Assembly: GCF_021028975.2 (NCBI RefSeq)
Contig: NC_059434.1
Location: 70,494,001 to 70,558,000, forward strand
DNA from: Sphaerodactylus townsendi
Taxonomy: Eukaryota
Direction of reading: 5' to 3'
Length of the DNA: 64,000 nt
The translations under genes and the position numbers were made by a program. Each line of letters begins with the position of its first letter. Position 1 is the stretch's first letter. Below are positions 1 to 13,301 of this stretch, one piece after another. The notes below the pieces were generated by a model that did no database searches, was not told where the DNA came from, and was given only the letters and a program-made list of their open reading frames with translations.

Positions 1-44
1 GGTATGTTTGTACAGAAGCTACTTTGATCCTAAACTTGTTTGTC

Positions 45-312
45 AAAGCTCTGCTCACAAACTGAGTTTAATCCCAATGGAAGTTGGTTTCTGGTAGCCT
101 GCTCAAGGTTGACTTAGCCTTCCATCTTTCCAGTGTTATTATAATGAGTTGAATACCCAGCTAGCTGGGAGTGAAAAGTAGATAACTAGGGAATAAAATG
201 GCAAACTACCTCATAAACATAGTTTGTCTAGTAAATGTCATGATGTGATGTCACCCCATGGGTCAGTAATGACCTGGTGCTTACACAGGGGACTACCTTT
301 ATCTTTTTACCT
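45..312 (+). mobile_element. Sauria-like SINE (degraded)
   Basis: Contains AAGGTTGACTTAGCCTTCCATC, an ATGGCAAACTACC body and a GGGGACTACCTTTATCTTTTTACC tail typical of Sauria/Bov-B-mobilised SINEs. Confidence 0.65.
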
Positions 313-761
313 TGTTTGCCAATATTATAATTCCTATGATACTGGTTTATCATAATTCTTATGAGCCTGGTTCTCAAGCATACAGGTAGGGCTGACTGAA
401 ACTTCATGATCATTTTCTTGAATGAGCCTTCACAGTTTTCAGACAGCCAATAAAATCCGATGCCACATCAGATCCAAAACTTTTCAATGAAATCATTTAT
501 TATATCTAGCTTTCCAGAGCCAATTATCATGTTAGATAATCAGGCAATGAGGAAAAAAGTGTGATATATTTATATGGGAACCACTATCAAGATGCTTGGG
601 TAATTTAAAAAAAAAAGGTAAATGACAGCAGTTCCATGCTGGTTTCTCCTGTCATCTGAATATTCAGATGAAACACAACATTTGTTCAAGAGTCCAAAGT
701 AAGAGTTTAGAATATGCATAACAGCTTTGGAAGTACTGCAAATTTAAAATGTATTTTGGGA

Positions 762-1173
762 AGCACAATCCAGAGGGGGCAAACCTCTGGAGGTGGTGCA
801 AGCACTTATGCTAGATGTGGGGCAAACCTGCCAGGGCTTGACCGCAGCAGGGCCCTGGGACTCCCAACTGTGGCACCCAGTTCCCTGCCAGCATGCCCAC
901 ACTGCCCAAAGCTACATCAGCATCCCAGGGGCATCCCGGAGGTGTTCCAGGTGATCAGGTTAACCTTAGTCAAGCTCAGAACCCTCGTGGCTCCCATTCG
1001 TTGGTGGGGTTGCTGCCAGAGATAGGCCACAAATTTTGCAGCATATCTCTATTCTCCTGTATGAGGGAGTTTCAAGCAGGATTTTCCCAATCTGTGGGAA
1101 AGCTCTCTGGAGCAGGCAGAGTGGCGCTCAAGTGGCGCCATCCCCACCTGCCAAACAGCTCTGGATTGAGCTG
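762..1173. mobile_element. Old non-autonomous DNA element (MITE)
   Basis: Terminal inverted repeats AGCACAATCCAGAG ... CTCTGGATTGAGCT with a GC-richer interior than the flanks. Confidence 0.5.
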
Positions 1174-1192
1174 TAAAACTTCTAGACTTTAT

Positions 1193-1332
1193 GGCCCCTT
1201 CCGCACACGGAAAATAATGCGTTTTCAAACCACTTTCATAACTGTTTGCAAGTGATTTTGCCATTCCGCACAGCTTCAAAGAGCATTGAAAGCAGTTTGA
1301 AAGTGCATTATTCTGCATGTGCGGAATGAGCC
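1193..1332. mobile_element. ~140-bp PIF/Harbinger-type MITE, family A
   Basis: Ends GGCCCCTTCCGCAC ... GTGCGGAATGAGCC, 3-bp TSD TAT/TAT, near-identical to copies at 21486, 53478, 59522 and 62338. Confidence 0.85.
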
Positions 1333-3080
1333 TATGTGCCCAGTTTTTATACACACTGGACATGGCCTAGATGTATCCCATAATTTAAAGCATTTGCTGA
1401 AAATACTGGCTCATTTGTAAAAATCCACGGATGCTTTTAATGTGGAATCTACAAATGTAGAATCCACAAACAGATGGTCCATTTTAATGGTACATTTCAA
1501 GCATTTTTGGAAATCAAAAACATTGTAATGGTCACTGAAAGTGGCAGAAACCTTTCATTACCTCATATTTTCAGCAGGCCTTAGGTTATAACTCTTAGCT
1601 TACAATGGGCATTCAGGCAGAGCCATTCTTCAGGAGACCACTCCTCAAATAATTATGGGGGGGAAAACGCTTCAGCATTCAAATAGCAAGATCTAAAACC
1701 ATTAAGTACAATTTTTTAAGCTTTCATGAGCCCTTCTACTACCCTCTATCCAATATTCCCAGCAGGAGGTGCATTGACTCAAGTGACTCAATTATTGCTC
1801 TTGTTATTTACTGTGCATTCTTAGTGCGCTGTGCAGCTTTCATGGCTGTTCTTCCGGCTGTAATTTCAACAGGGTAAATCACAATGGCAATTTGCACATA
1901 AAAGCCGATCCAAACACTCATTGTCCTTGTTTGACCTTCATGCGAGACTCTTTCCAGAGTATCGTTTTTCCTTTAGTCTTTCCAGGAAAATAAAACGTTG
2001 CCTACTGTTTTTGAACTCATTAGTCTCATTAATTCAGAGTTAATCTACTATACATTAAAAGCAGTGTCGTGTGTCATACCTGCAGCATTAATTATGCAAT
2101 GTGATATAAGAAACCGCATGACATAGAAGGGGTCTAATGGATTGAACTAGGCTCAGTTCAATGCCATGAAATCTTCTTCGCTGTCTTAAAACCACACTGC
2201 AGATTTGGGTTGGCTTGTAGCCGGATCAGTTGTGACGAGGCTAAAGGTACCTCAGGGAAACCATCCAAAACCAGTGCAAAGCAGCAATATTAAATGTTTG
2301 GTTTTGAAAATTATGTATGTTTTTATTAAAAGCAAAGTAAATTTTATTTTATTTTATTTATTATCATATTTATATACCGCCCCATCCCCTAAGGGCTTGT
2401 CAGTCTTACCAGCGCTTGAAATCACAGGCCACAAAGAGAGGAACACATTTCATTCTTACTGCGCACTTAAGTAGAACATTAAGATTAAGAGGAAGAGAAG
2501 AGAACTAGAATACCTGGAAATGGGTGAGACCCCTATAGGCTCCTATAGGCTATTTTCTAGGCTCACAACTTTTTAAATGAGGTTCATGCTGATTATCATC
2601 TTTTATACTTTTAAAGGGAGGAATTTAAAAATGTCACATTTTGTTTTTGTTTCAAGGCAAGCAAAGTCTGGATTTAAAGATAATTTTTGGTGCTGATTAT
2701 TATAATCTTTTTATGTAGTTTGGAAGTCTCTCACATAAAAGACTGTATCTCTATATTTAGATCTTGCTGATATGTTGCAATGTTCTAGACACCCTTTTCT
2801 CTGCCATCTGAGGTGAGGCAGGAGATTAAAAAAAGCAGGGTCATCTCAGGGTGGCACTGCTGCTATGAAACATTCCTCCCCTCTCCTCCCCTCCCCTCTG
2901 AAACAGGGACTGAAACTTTATTGTGAATCAATTCATTTAGAACAGGAACAGCCAACCAGATGTCCCAAGATGTGAGAATAATATTTTCCTTAACAGCAGT
3001 CTTCGATTTCAACTTGACCCTAAGCAACCTACACCCTTAAACGTCACTGAGGCGAAATGAGGTCTATAGCAGAGGACTGC

Positions 3081-3299
3081 NNNNNNNNNNNNNNNNNNNN
3101 NNNNNNNNNNNNNNNNNNNNNNNNNNNNNNNNNNNNNNNNNNNNNNNNNNNNNNNNNNNNNNNNNNNNNNNNNNNNNNNNNNNNNNNNNNNNNNNNNNNN
3201 NNNNNNNNNNNNNNNNNNNNNNNNNNNNNNNNNNNNNNNNNNNNNNNNNNNNNNNNNNNNNNNNNNNNNNNNNNNNNNNNNNNNNNNNNNNNNNNNNNN
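3081..3299. other. Assembly gap (219 N)
   Basis: Run of N bases. Confidence 1.
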
Positions 3300-3571
3300 C
3301 CCCTTTCTCTCCTGCAGGGGACTCAAAGGGGCTTACAATCTCCTTGCCCTTCCCCCCTCACAACAAACACCCTGTGAGGTAGGTGGGGCTGAGAGAGCTC
3401 CAAGAAGCTGTGACTAGCCCAAGGTCATCCAGCTGGCGTGTGTGGGAGTGTACAGGCTAATCTGAATTCCCCAGATAAGTCTCCACAGCTCAGGCTGCAG
3501 AGCTGGGAATCAAACCCGGTTCCTCCAGATTAGATACACGAGCTCTTAACCTCCTACGCCACTGCTGCTCC
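3300..3571 (-). mobile_element. tRNA-derived squamate SINE (Squam3-like), young subfamily
   Basis: Reverse complement begins GGAGCAGCAGTGGCGTAGGAGGTTAAGAGC (A box) ... GGTTTGATTCCC (B box). Nearly identical to 44147-44444 and 55505-55800. Confidence 0.85.
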
Positions 3572-5327
3572 AAGCAGAATAATTCTTAGGATGCAAGTCT
3601 GAGTTAATAGACAATATTTGTGGACCTTAAGATGGGAATACAGTTCAGAAACACTGGTTGGAATGACAGATGACTTTTGGAAAATTTTAAAAAAAAGTGA
3701 AGCCTGACTGAGACGATCTCCTTTGATTGTTCACTCACTTACCATATGCTAGTCATTAGTTCAATTTCATTTCTGGTTAGAACAGGGCAACATGAGTTAA
3801 TATATGTCATCATTTGATGAGTTCCAGAGTGACAGCTCTCCTAGACAGCACACCAAGAGCACGGCAATCACGCAGCGAGGGAGAGAGGTAGGAAGCCAAT
3901 TCTGTGCCAGTAGTTATCTCAGACCTTTGGCTAAGTTCCCGTAGATGGTGTAGCAGGCATCGACAACTGTGGGAAGCAGCTGACAGCCACATCAAAACCA
4001 GACTCGGACTCCACAGGAATCAGTCACTGAAAGCCGTGGTGCCTTCACAGATCCTCTGGTGGGATTTTTCAAGACAAAAGAGCCAAACAGCTTGCAATGT
4101 TCTCATTATTTGCAAAACAAAGCAGTTTAATAAGCGTGCCAAAACACTCCCTGTTTGCACTCTGATTGCTTCAGACCATACACTAACAAGGGAAGTTAAA
4201 CACTGTTGCCATTCTTAAAAGGAGTGTGCAATTTATTTACAGCTGTTCAAATCATAATACGTTTGAACATGTTTCATTCAACCATCTAGCATCACTATAT
4301 GAACAGACTAACGCTATCTTTTTCTATGAAAGGCAAAGGATATCAAAATAATTAATTTATCATAAAATTGTCTAGCTTTATCTGGAACCCAATCAAAAAA
4401 TACTGATTAGCTAGGAGGTGGGAACAGACACAGCCCAGCCTTATGCATTGGCAAAGAAATATTGGAAATTACCCAAATATGTCCATAGTTCCAGTCTATC
4501 ATTGTAGTAGAATGTTGCAGTGAAATCTCAGACCTGTGATACCAAAGAAAACAGAGGAAGAAAAGATGTTCTCTCCTGCACCCCCCCCTGCCCCCCGATA
4601 CTATAGAAAGTCAATAATTCCATGTGGAAATGCACATGAAAAGAATTCAGTATAACACCACAATGGTCATACTAAATTATTAAATAGAAAAGCTACAAAA
4701 TTCAAGACAATAAAAATGGAAACCGAAAAAAAAGTTGCATAACAAGAAGGTAACTACAATTTTTAATTCATAATATTTTTTAGCCAGTGTCTAAATGATT
4801 ACATGGCTAGTTCCACACACCCAAGAAATCTTTGGACTTATGTTTCTTGAAAAAGAACCCTAGCCTCCCTGTCTAATTTAAAGCCAGTTTCCAAAGCAGT
4901 TTGGCACAGGAGTTTATTGTTCAAAGGATTTGTTTTTAATCTCCTGGACATGACCAGTCAGTGGGACTGTACCTGTAGATGCATTGAAAAACTTTCTGGA
5001 CTCCAGCCGTATTTACAATAATCCTTAAAGTAGCAAAGCATTATACTTTTATTTTGTTTTTGCTTACAAGTTCCATGATAAATTAATACATTTAGTGCAT
5101 ATTCTGCACTCATGTTGGTAATCCAACGGAATTATTTTCAAGTGCCTCTCCATAGATTATTCTCTTTGACTTTCAGCTCCACACCACTGTATCGCATTTT
5201 AACATGTTGTTCTGCTTATATAGTTGAACAAAGAGTATGGTACAGGAGCAAGGAAGGTGAGAAACTGTGCCAAAGACTTTTCAGTCTCCATGGAGCTAGT
5301 GAATTGGTAGCCAGTTGGTGTGCTCAA

Positions 5328-6274
5328 TGTAACGAAAGGGCACTCATATATATAAGTTCTGCTTTCTGCGCTGCCACCAATAATATTTTTCCTCTATATA
5401 GCCCACTCAATCCTGATTTTCCACACGGCCACCACCCTGACTGGGGAACACCGACACACAGACAAATAAAAGACTGGAGAGGTTTTTATATAACAAAACC
5501 TTAAAACGTTTATTTGCTGGCTTTCACAAAGGCTTCTCCGGTAACTTTGAGAGGTTTAACGCTTGTTGGTTTCAGAATCAGTTTGTCTTAAGATGTTACT
5601 TCAGATTCATATGCACACCGACACACGCAGGTGTCTCTTAAGGGAAGATTTAGCTTTGAACTAATAAATTCCCTTACGCACACAGACACTATTCCTCACT
5701 GCTCCAATACCCTCTGATCACACCCAAGCACACAGTCCAAGCCCAGGAGATTCTGGCACACTTGGCCTCCCTCTCTCCCACTAGTCCTAATATGGCTTCA
5801 CTGCCTCTGGACTGGCTTCTCCCAGACTGGTGATTCTGGTGATACACACAGGGGCAAGGCTGACTAGATAGGTCTGGGCAGTTTTAAAACCGCCAAGCTC
5901 CTGAAGGGCACTTCAATCTGCACCCAGTCAGGGCCTCCTCTCTCTGTCAAGCATACACCGCTTAGACAGGGACTGGACTTCTGTCAGCCAACTCTGCTGA
6001 GACAGAATCCTTTTCTTCCAGAGCTGACAGACTCCTCTCTGCCAGACTCTCCTCTGCTCTCTCTGACCGACTCCTATCAGCACTCAACTCTCCTCTCAGT
6101 GCTGTAAGCCCACTGGCTCCCCCTAGCTCTTGCCAAACGTTACTGGACCTTTTTCAGCCAATCAGGTCGGTTCTCTCCTTGTGGAGCTTTTTTTCTTTTT
6201 CTGGCTGTTGCTAAGGCCTTCTCCCTTTGGCCTGCTGTACGCCAGCCCTTCAGGGTGGGGGCAAGTTCGTTACA
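5328..6274 (-). mobile_element. Solo LTR (947 bp)
   Basis: Terminal inverted repeats TGTAACGAA ... TTCGTTACA, perfect 5-bp TSD CTCAA (5323-5327 and 6275-6279), AATAAA on the minus strand near 5510. Confidence 0.85.
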
Positions 6275-7303
6275 CTCAACATACTGTAGTGCTGTTTATA
6301 ATAAGAAAGATGACCTATTCCGCATCCGCTATATGGGATGCCATCATACGTACATGGGTCTAAATTATTATGTACACTGCCTTGCAGCCTTCAGGATTGG
6401 ATTACGAGTACGTTCCTTTTCACAAGAGATGTTATTCTCCAAAAATACTGTTTTGGTTTGGCAATTTCTTTTGCATCCCAGCCCAAGTTGACCATTTTCA
6501 CTGGAAATTAACATTATTTCAATAAGAAGGTATGGTTCATTATGAAGAAAAGTATGAATTATCAAGAATCATTATAAGCGACTACAAATATCAGGTATTC
6601 CAGATGACGGTGATAACTTCAGAAAACTGTATTTCCATTTGCATGGCAGAATCTCTGCAATACGTTAACATGCAAATGTTGTGTTTGGATCCAGAGTGTG
6701 ATCACATTCATCTTTATATAGGTATTCAGTATCTAATTTATAACTTCTTTCACTCTTGAGTGAAAATGGGATGGGAAATTGTGGGTCTTGAATAAGAATG
6801 AAGGGGCAATGGAATTTAAGCCTTAAACCAATCTCTCCCCCCCCCCCCCCCGGAAATCAACCCTTTTGGCCTGAAGCAACAGGAGTGTGAAGAGAGGTGG
6901 TTACCACCCCCTTATCCTGAGACCCTTTCCAGGCCCAAGTGAGTGCAGAGTATGATGACTTCCCTTTCCGATTCCTCCCTGGTTCATTCAGCATCGTCCC
7001 TCAGTCTTAGCTCCTGTTTGACCTCACTCAGGGCTCTTTTACTCCCAATCCACTTCCAATTATTTGCCTTCCCTAACATTTCAAACTACTTCCTCCTATC
7101 TTCCTCTTATAACATCAGTACAGATTATTGGTGTACCTGGAGTGATAAGATTTGAAGCAAACGTTGAAGCTACTTCAAGCCTAGTACTGCATCCAACAAC
7201 TTCACTGACAATTAACAGCAACATGTGTTTTAACAAAGCACATAAGCAAGGAAGCTTTATGTAAGAACAGGTAGGAAATAACAAGGTTCCAATCTTTAAC
7301 TAA

Positions 7304-7762
7304 GGCTGTTTCTGCATGGGTGGGATACAGAGCCCCAGGGACACTAAAAACTGCATCCCTGGGGAAGGGGTTTGCACGGCCGACACTGCTGCATCGCAGC
7401 AGCACCAGCCTCGCCACCCCCGAGTGGCGCAAAGGTGCTGCTTCCAAACCCCGCTCCCTGAGCGAGGTTTTTCGGAAGCAGCGTCTTCAAACTGCTGCCG
7501 TGCTGTTTGATTTGGCCAATCAGAAAGCAGGCAACGGAGGCAGCCCACATATATTTTAAAGGAAAGGATTCACCGGGTGCCTCCTATTATGATATTACCG
7601 CTGTTTTAATGAAATTTAGTATGTTTTAATGTTGGAGCTTTTATGGGTTGTTGTTGTTTTAATTGTATGGTTTGCCCTCTAACTTGTTTGTATTAATTTT
7701 GTTGTACACCGTCCGGAGCCCTTTGGGGATAGGGCGGTATAAAAATTGAAATAATTAATTAA

Positions 7763-7801
<39 letters not shown>

Positions 7802-8019
7802 ATATGTGGGAGAGATCCTGGAAGAGCTTGTGGTGCTTAAGCTATGCTTAAAGGAAAGCCCCGGGCTTGTGGAAAATCTGTCACGGTTTCCCGCAGCGTC
7901 CCTGGTTGGAGAGAAGGAAGAGTTGGGGAGTTGTGGGGAACTATGAGCAGGGTGGGAAGCCTCGCAGCAGGTACGCTCCCGGATAAACCATGGGGAATTT
8001 TGAAAGTGCAAAATCAGCC
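7304..8019. mobile_element. Harbinger-like non-autonomous element interrupted by a LINE 3' end
   Basis: Ends GGCTGTTTCTGCA ... TGCAAAATCAGCC, CpG-rich arms, split at CCCACATAT/ATATGTGGG by an insert ending in (TAAA)n. Confidence 0.55.
7555..7803 (+). mobile_element. L2-like LINE 3' end with (TAAA)n tail
   Basis: T-rich UTR, then TGTACACCGTCCGGAGCCCTTTGGGGATAGGGCGGTATAAA and (TAAA)n. The same terminal motif occurs near 14700, 16680 and 25250, and on the minus strand near 2340, 47330 and 53220. Confidence 0.55.
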
Positions 8020-8933
8020 ATAGTTTAGTTTCAGGGCCTTTTGTTCTCTTTCAGATTTCTTTTCCTTCTTTTTACTTAACTCTCCCTCCTCCCTCTAGAG
8101 TTAGGAGCCGTTGAGATTTCCTAATTTCAGCCTTTCCATGATGGTCTCAATGGCCTTCTGTTGGATTCTGGCTAGCCAGAAGACCATTTTGAAATCATGC
8201 CTCATCGAGGACATTCAAGAGTCTCAGCATTAGTGGGAGTTATTTTGTATAACAGTCCACTCATGCATTCATAATAAAGCTTTTCACTTCACAAAAGAAA
8301 CGAGTCGCTCTGTATTTTGTATCCTGAATTTTCTGATGTGTACTTCAAAGCAATGGACTCTTCTAAACTCAAAGTCAATAGTGTGTAATAAACATTCAAT
8401 TAGCTGATTTCTCTCCCTTGCATCCCATGGTCACGTGCTAGCATCTGATTGAGCTCTTTCAATAAAATAATTTTTCTGGCATTAGAGGAACACTGGACTC
8501 TGTTAATAAGCTTTTTAAAATAAAGACCAACACACCTGCCTTCTTGTAATTCCACTGATATGAAGCCACGTCCGGGGGGGGGGGGGAGAGAACACAGAGT
8601 GTATTTGAATAATAAGAGGATTTGGCATAATGGAAATTCAGGTAATCAAGGATTTATTTGTGCTATTATTGGAGCTTACAAGCTCCTGAAAGTTAACGGC
8701 AACTTTTGTTCATATTGAGCTCAGTGAAATATAAGCAGGATGAAACAGGCGAATGGATGAGGCATTCACAGAAGTGAAGTCTTGATTTAGTGTCTTGCTT
8801 GTAAAATATATAAGGAAGGCATGGAGTAAAGGTGTCTATTATCCATACATCTCATATTTCAACTGTCCTATATATTGGACATGTTCTGTGCTCGTATAAC
8901 TGAGGATATGGATGTGATATCTGCTTTGTTCTG

Positions 8934-8935
<2 letters not shown>

Positions 8936-8984
<49 letters not shown>
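8936..8984. repeat. (CT)n microsatellite
   Basis: About 24 perfect CT units. Confidence 0.98.
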
Positions 8985-8988
<4 letters not shown>

Positions 8989-11040
8989 CTCCTGTGTTTT
9001 AAATGGGGGAGGCCTGACAAACCTAGCTATCCAGTTTCCCACACATGCCCATATCTCTTCATACAGCTCTGTTCCTGAAGCAGCCGTGCTTGTGGGAATG
9101 GATGGGAGTAGGCTGTTCAATAACATCAGGTGAGATGTCAGAAGACTTTAGTTTCAGGACTTGCTGAGATACTTAATCATCATCCACCAGTTCAGTTTTC
9201 AGGTGTGTGCCCAAACTGTAATTAGTCTGAAAAACTTGTTTCTTTTGAACTGTTCTAAATTGTGCAACCCCCCCACCCATATATTTCCATACTTTTCCAG
9301 CCCTCATACCTGCTGCCACAACAACTTCTCCACTCTACTTGCTGTTTGCCATATTTTAAACTACAGAAATATTAATATTTCACTGCTAGTGTGACTTGCA
9401 GTGACTTCTCTCTGCCCCCTACTCGCCAATTCATTAACAACAAGGATGTGAACTGTTTGAATCTGAAACAATGCACACACAGGGATTCTTGCCCTGGAAG
9501 CATACATTATTATGGTCTGTGTGATCTTTGTGTGCTTGGCCCATCGTGGCTGGTTAATTGGAAAAGCAAGCAAGCAACTGCAGAGGAGAAATAAAAGCAG
9601 CCCGTACACTGTAAGATTTTTAAATGATACATTCTAACTGTGCAGGTACAGAGGGGGCAAACTGCAAAGGAGCCTGTGCTTAAAAAGTAGGTCATCATAG
9701 TCACCCAACCATGACCCTGTAGGAAGATTCTGCCCACTGATTGCATAGGCATAAAAGCTATTGCAAGTTGCCACACATAAATTACACATGTAGCGTATTT
9801 ATCAAGGCCCAACCTTCTTGTGATCCTATGGCATTATGAAGCAATTTAAGACGGAAAGCTTGCAGAAGTCAAGAGGACACAGCTGCTACACTGAATGAGG
9901 CAGCTTTGGAGGTCCAAAGCTGCTCAAAGTGGTATTTGATTCAAACTGTGAACAAAACATTGAGGCAATCTTGAGATGGCCTTGAAGTGCATGAAACTGC
10001 CCAGTTTACACCTTGAGCATGTTTTTGTAAAGTTCACAGCATTTAACACCCTTGCAATGAAATACAGCCAGAAGAAACCACCACAGCAGCTTTATATTTA
10101 CACCCACAGCACAACCTTCTTGGAACACTCTAATTCTACAGAAATCTGCATACTGGAAAGCCTTCTTGAAGATTTTTTATTTCTTCATTGGACATTGTGA
10201 AACAAATGTGATTTTACAGAATTTGGGGGATGTTCTACAGAGGGAGCAATAGCAGACCACTGCTCATCTGCAGCACCTAAGCCCTTTCTACACAGCAAAT
10301 GTAAAGTGGGATGCAGCTGGGATAAATGAATCCAGCTTGGCCCCGGGCCATTCACATGGCTGGCTGTCCAGTGGAGGGTTCAAAGTACTTCGTAAAAACA
10401 TAAAGGCATACTTGTAAGAGCTGACTGCCAAAGAAGTGCTTTTAAAAAAATGTTTGTAGTTTGTTCTTCTGCCGTTTAACAAGAAAACGAGTGCATCAAT
10501 ACAAGCTGCCCTAAGATCTTCTTGATCAGGAAAGGGTGGGGTGAAAAAAAAACAAATCAGGAAGTCCATCCCCCCTCCCTTGGAGGAGAAGGGATTTGTG
10601 TCTTTGGTATGCATGTCATAAGTTCACTGTGAATAAGCAGTTAGGTGGACAGAAATAGAAAAGCTACTGAGAAATAATTATGTGGCGTGGACAACCATCC
10701 TCCTGTTTTTCTTTACCTTTGAGAAGTCATTCAACAAAATAATAAATAGGAACATTTAGAAACTCGCAGAAACCGTACATAGGTAATCCTGCAACTGAGC
10801 TTGATCCAGTCATTTGATGCATATATTTTACTCGTTTGTCTTCCGTCTCAATCTGTATTTTTTTAAAAAAATCCAGTAGAATTGGTGAATCTTCCATGGA
10901 AATAAATTACTTTACCAGAACTGATTTGACAGGGGGGAAATCGAATAGACAGGACAATATAATGAGCAAATGATAGCCAGTTTGTTGTTTTGCTAAAAAC
11001 GGTATGAAATAATTTAGGTGAAAGTGAATGCAACTGAAAA

Positions 11041-11125
11041 AGCGCAATTCTATGCAGAGTTACTCAAGTCTAAACTCATTGATTTCAGTGGGCTTACTTG
11101 GCTAACTGTGCATAGAATTGCACTG
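11041..11125. mobile_element. ~85-bp hairpin MITE (old family)
   Basis: GCAATTCTATGCAGAGTTA ... TAACTGTGCATAGAATTGC palindrome. Relatives near 43014-43280, 45468-45549 and 63848-63931. Confidence 0.65.
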
Positions 11126-13170
11126 TGAATTACTCAAATAGAAACAGCCAATGAGGGGGAAAAACTGTTAGACATATTTTTTTATTTTTTTCTTCTCCTG
11201 ATATCTCCAACAACTTGGAAAGGACAGGTTTGTAACTGCTCCTAACCCCTGTCGGAAATTACTAGCTACTCTGGAGATTACTCCAGATGATGGAAAGATA
11301 ATCTTCTGCCTCCTCACATCTGCATATCCATCTGCCCAACCTCTCAAGATCAGACACATTACTGATAAATGCCATTATAATTCTCTCTGTTTCTCCCCTC
11401 TCCCTGTTTCCCCTGGCCTTACCCTTTAGCACACTTTCACGCCTGATGAACTGCAGTGACTAGTAGGAAGATTATTTTTATATATGCAACTCAACATGGT
11501 TCACTCTCCAAAAGAACTCACTTATTTCATGGACATTTGTAATTTTGCATCAGAGCTGCAAAAATGTCCATAAACCTTGGCAGGGTAGAAAATAGATATT
11601 TTTGAATATGTCAGTGCTGCCAATGTGGATTCTGTCTGGAAAGCAGTGACCCTTGGTCTGTTTTTGGCTGTACAGAGAAAAGCAATCAAGTTCTACCCTA
11701 ACCATTGATGTCTTTTCTTTCGTTTGCAAAGCCGGCCCATTTGGGATGAGATGCAAAAACAGAGGTATGAGGAAAGCTCAAGTATCTCTCCTTCTTTTTC
11801 CTTCTGTCCTTAACCACATCTGAAATAAGTGTTTTTGCAATCCCAGCTTTTGGCAGACAACTTGCCCTTCGAAAAGCACATCCATGCACATAATTCAGCA
11901 CATGTCAAGTAATTCCCAATAACTTTGAAATTACAAGTGTGAACAGTTTATATCAAAGGGAGTGCCACAAGGGAAGAGAAAGGCAAATAAGATAATAAAG
12001 AAACCGTAAGACAGTTGCTTGCCCTAGTTGTATACTTTAAAGAACAGCTGACAACATCACACTTTTCACCATCTTGGCTGCCGGCCAGACACCTGGGAAA
12101 TTTCCAAGACTGCCATTTTCACATTTGTGCTACTGTGTGCTAATTTTCTGGAAATGTCCTTCCTACCTGGAAATGTCCACAATATTGTTATGGCCAATGG
12201 CTAAAACAATAAAACTGAACTGAAATTATCCATGATTGATGAAACATCAGTGCTAGTGGTGATGAAGACAAAGATGTAGAAAGTAAAGATGGTTGTTTGT
12301 GGATACAATTCATATCCTCTGGCAGAGCAAAGTATTTACTGTCACTGAATGCCCAGTCATGCTGCTCTTCCTTGGGATTGATCCCACTCGGCACCAAATG
12401 CGTAAAGGTCCAAACCTGATAATCTTTTTATATCTTGCAATAAATAATGATGTTAAACAAATGTCTTCAACTGAAGACAGAAATAAGAGTGCAGTGAATC
12501 CATGGCCTTGGGGAACACTTGGATTGTAGCCTAAAAGAGTGTCAGAGATCTGTTAGTACATACTGGTCTTTGTAATGAGAGTTACATTAGAAATAATTTA
12601 GAGAAACTCTGGGAAACATTTGGAGCTTAGAATCAAGTCTTTGTGTTGGGCTCGAAAAAGGTTTTCTGAAATAATAACTTATCTGGAGGTTATATTGTCC
12701 TGCCCTATATTTGGTTTTGAGAAGTACATTGTAACTTAATACATTGTTTTGTTAAGCAGAATACGTTTACATATAAACTTTTTGTTGTGTTTGATTAATG
12801 TGATGCCCAGTGATTGTAAGAGGCATTTGTACAGAATTTTTGTTGGTAAATTCCAAAAGAATTCAGAGAAAATATTAACTCTATATTTCTGTTTATTGAT
12901 AATATCATACAGCTTTCTTGATTGTTTTGAATTACTGCATGTTAGAAAGAACAAAAAAAAGTATTTAACATCATTATTTATTGTAAAATATATAAGGATT
13001 ATCAAGTTTGTGTAGCCCTTTACTCATTTGGTGTAGAGTGGGATTGATTCAACCTTTAGGTGCACCTATGCCAATATAGATATAGTATCCTTACTTGGGA
13101 AGTAAGAGTTTTTCAAATTGTATTGCCACCACTCCAGGGAACCAGTCTTAGGTGACTTAAAAATAAAACA

Positions 13171-13301
13171 TAATAAGAACATAGAACATTAGCAGTCCAA
13201 TCCAATGGTTCACAAAAAAAAGCATAATAAGAACGTAGAACATTAGCAGTCCAATCCAATGGTTCACACAGTCCAATCCAATCCACACAGTCCAATCCAA
13301 T
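13171..13301. repeat. Tandem duplication plus (CAGTCCAATCCAAT)-like minisatellite
   Basis: ATAATAAGAAC(A/G)TAGAACATTAGCAGTCCAATCCAATGGTTCACA occurs twice, followed by shorter CAGTCCAATCCAAT units. Confidence 0.85.

Noticed and set aside
1049-1363. Recurrent peptide RLIPHMQNNALSNCFQCSLKLC in several ORFs
   Set aside because: Translation of the non-coding 140-bp MITE, not a repeated exon.
3009-3377. ORFs spanning X residues
   Set aside because: Artefact of the N gap.
11441-11530. CTGATGA as another hammerhead or snoRNA box
   Set aside because: No matching GAAA-stem architecture or terminal stem could be drawn.
13171-13301. CRISPR-like repeat array
   Set aside because: Vertebrate context, head-to-tail repeats without unique spacers, and no cas genes.
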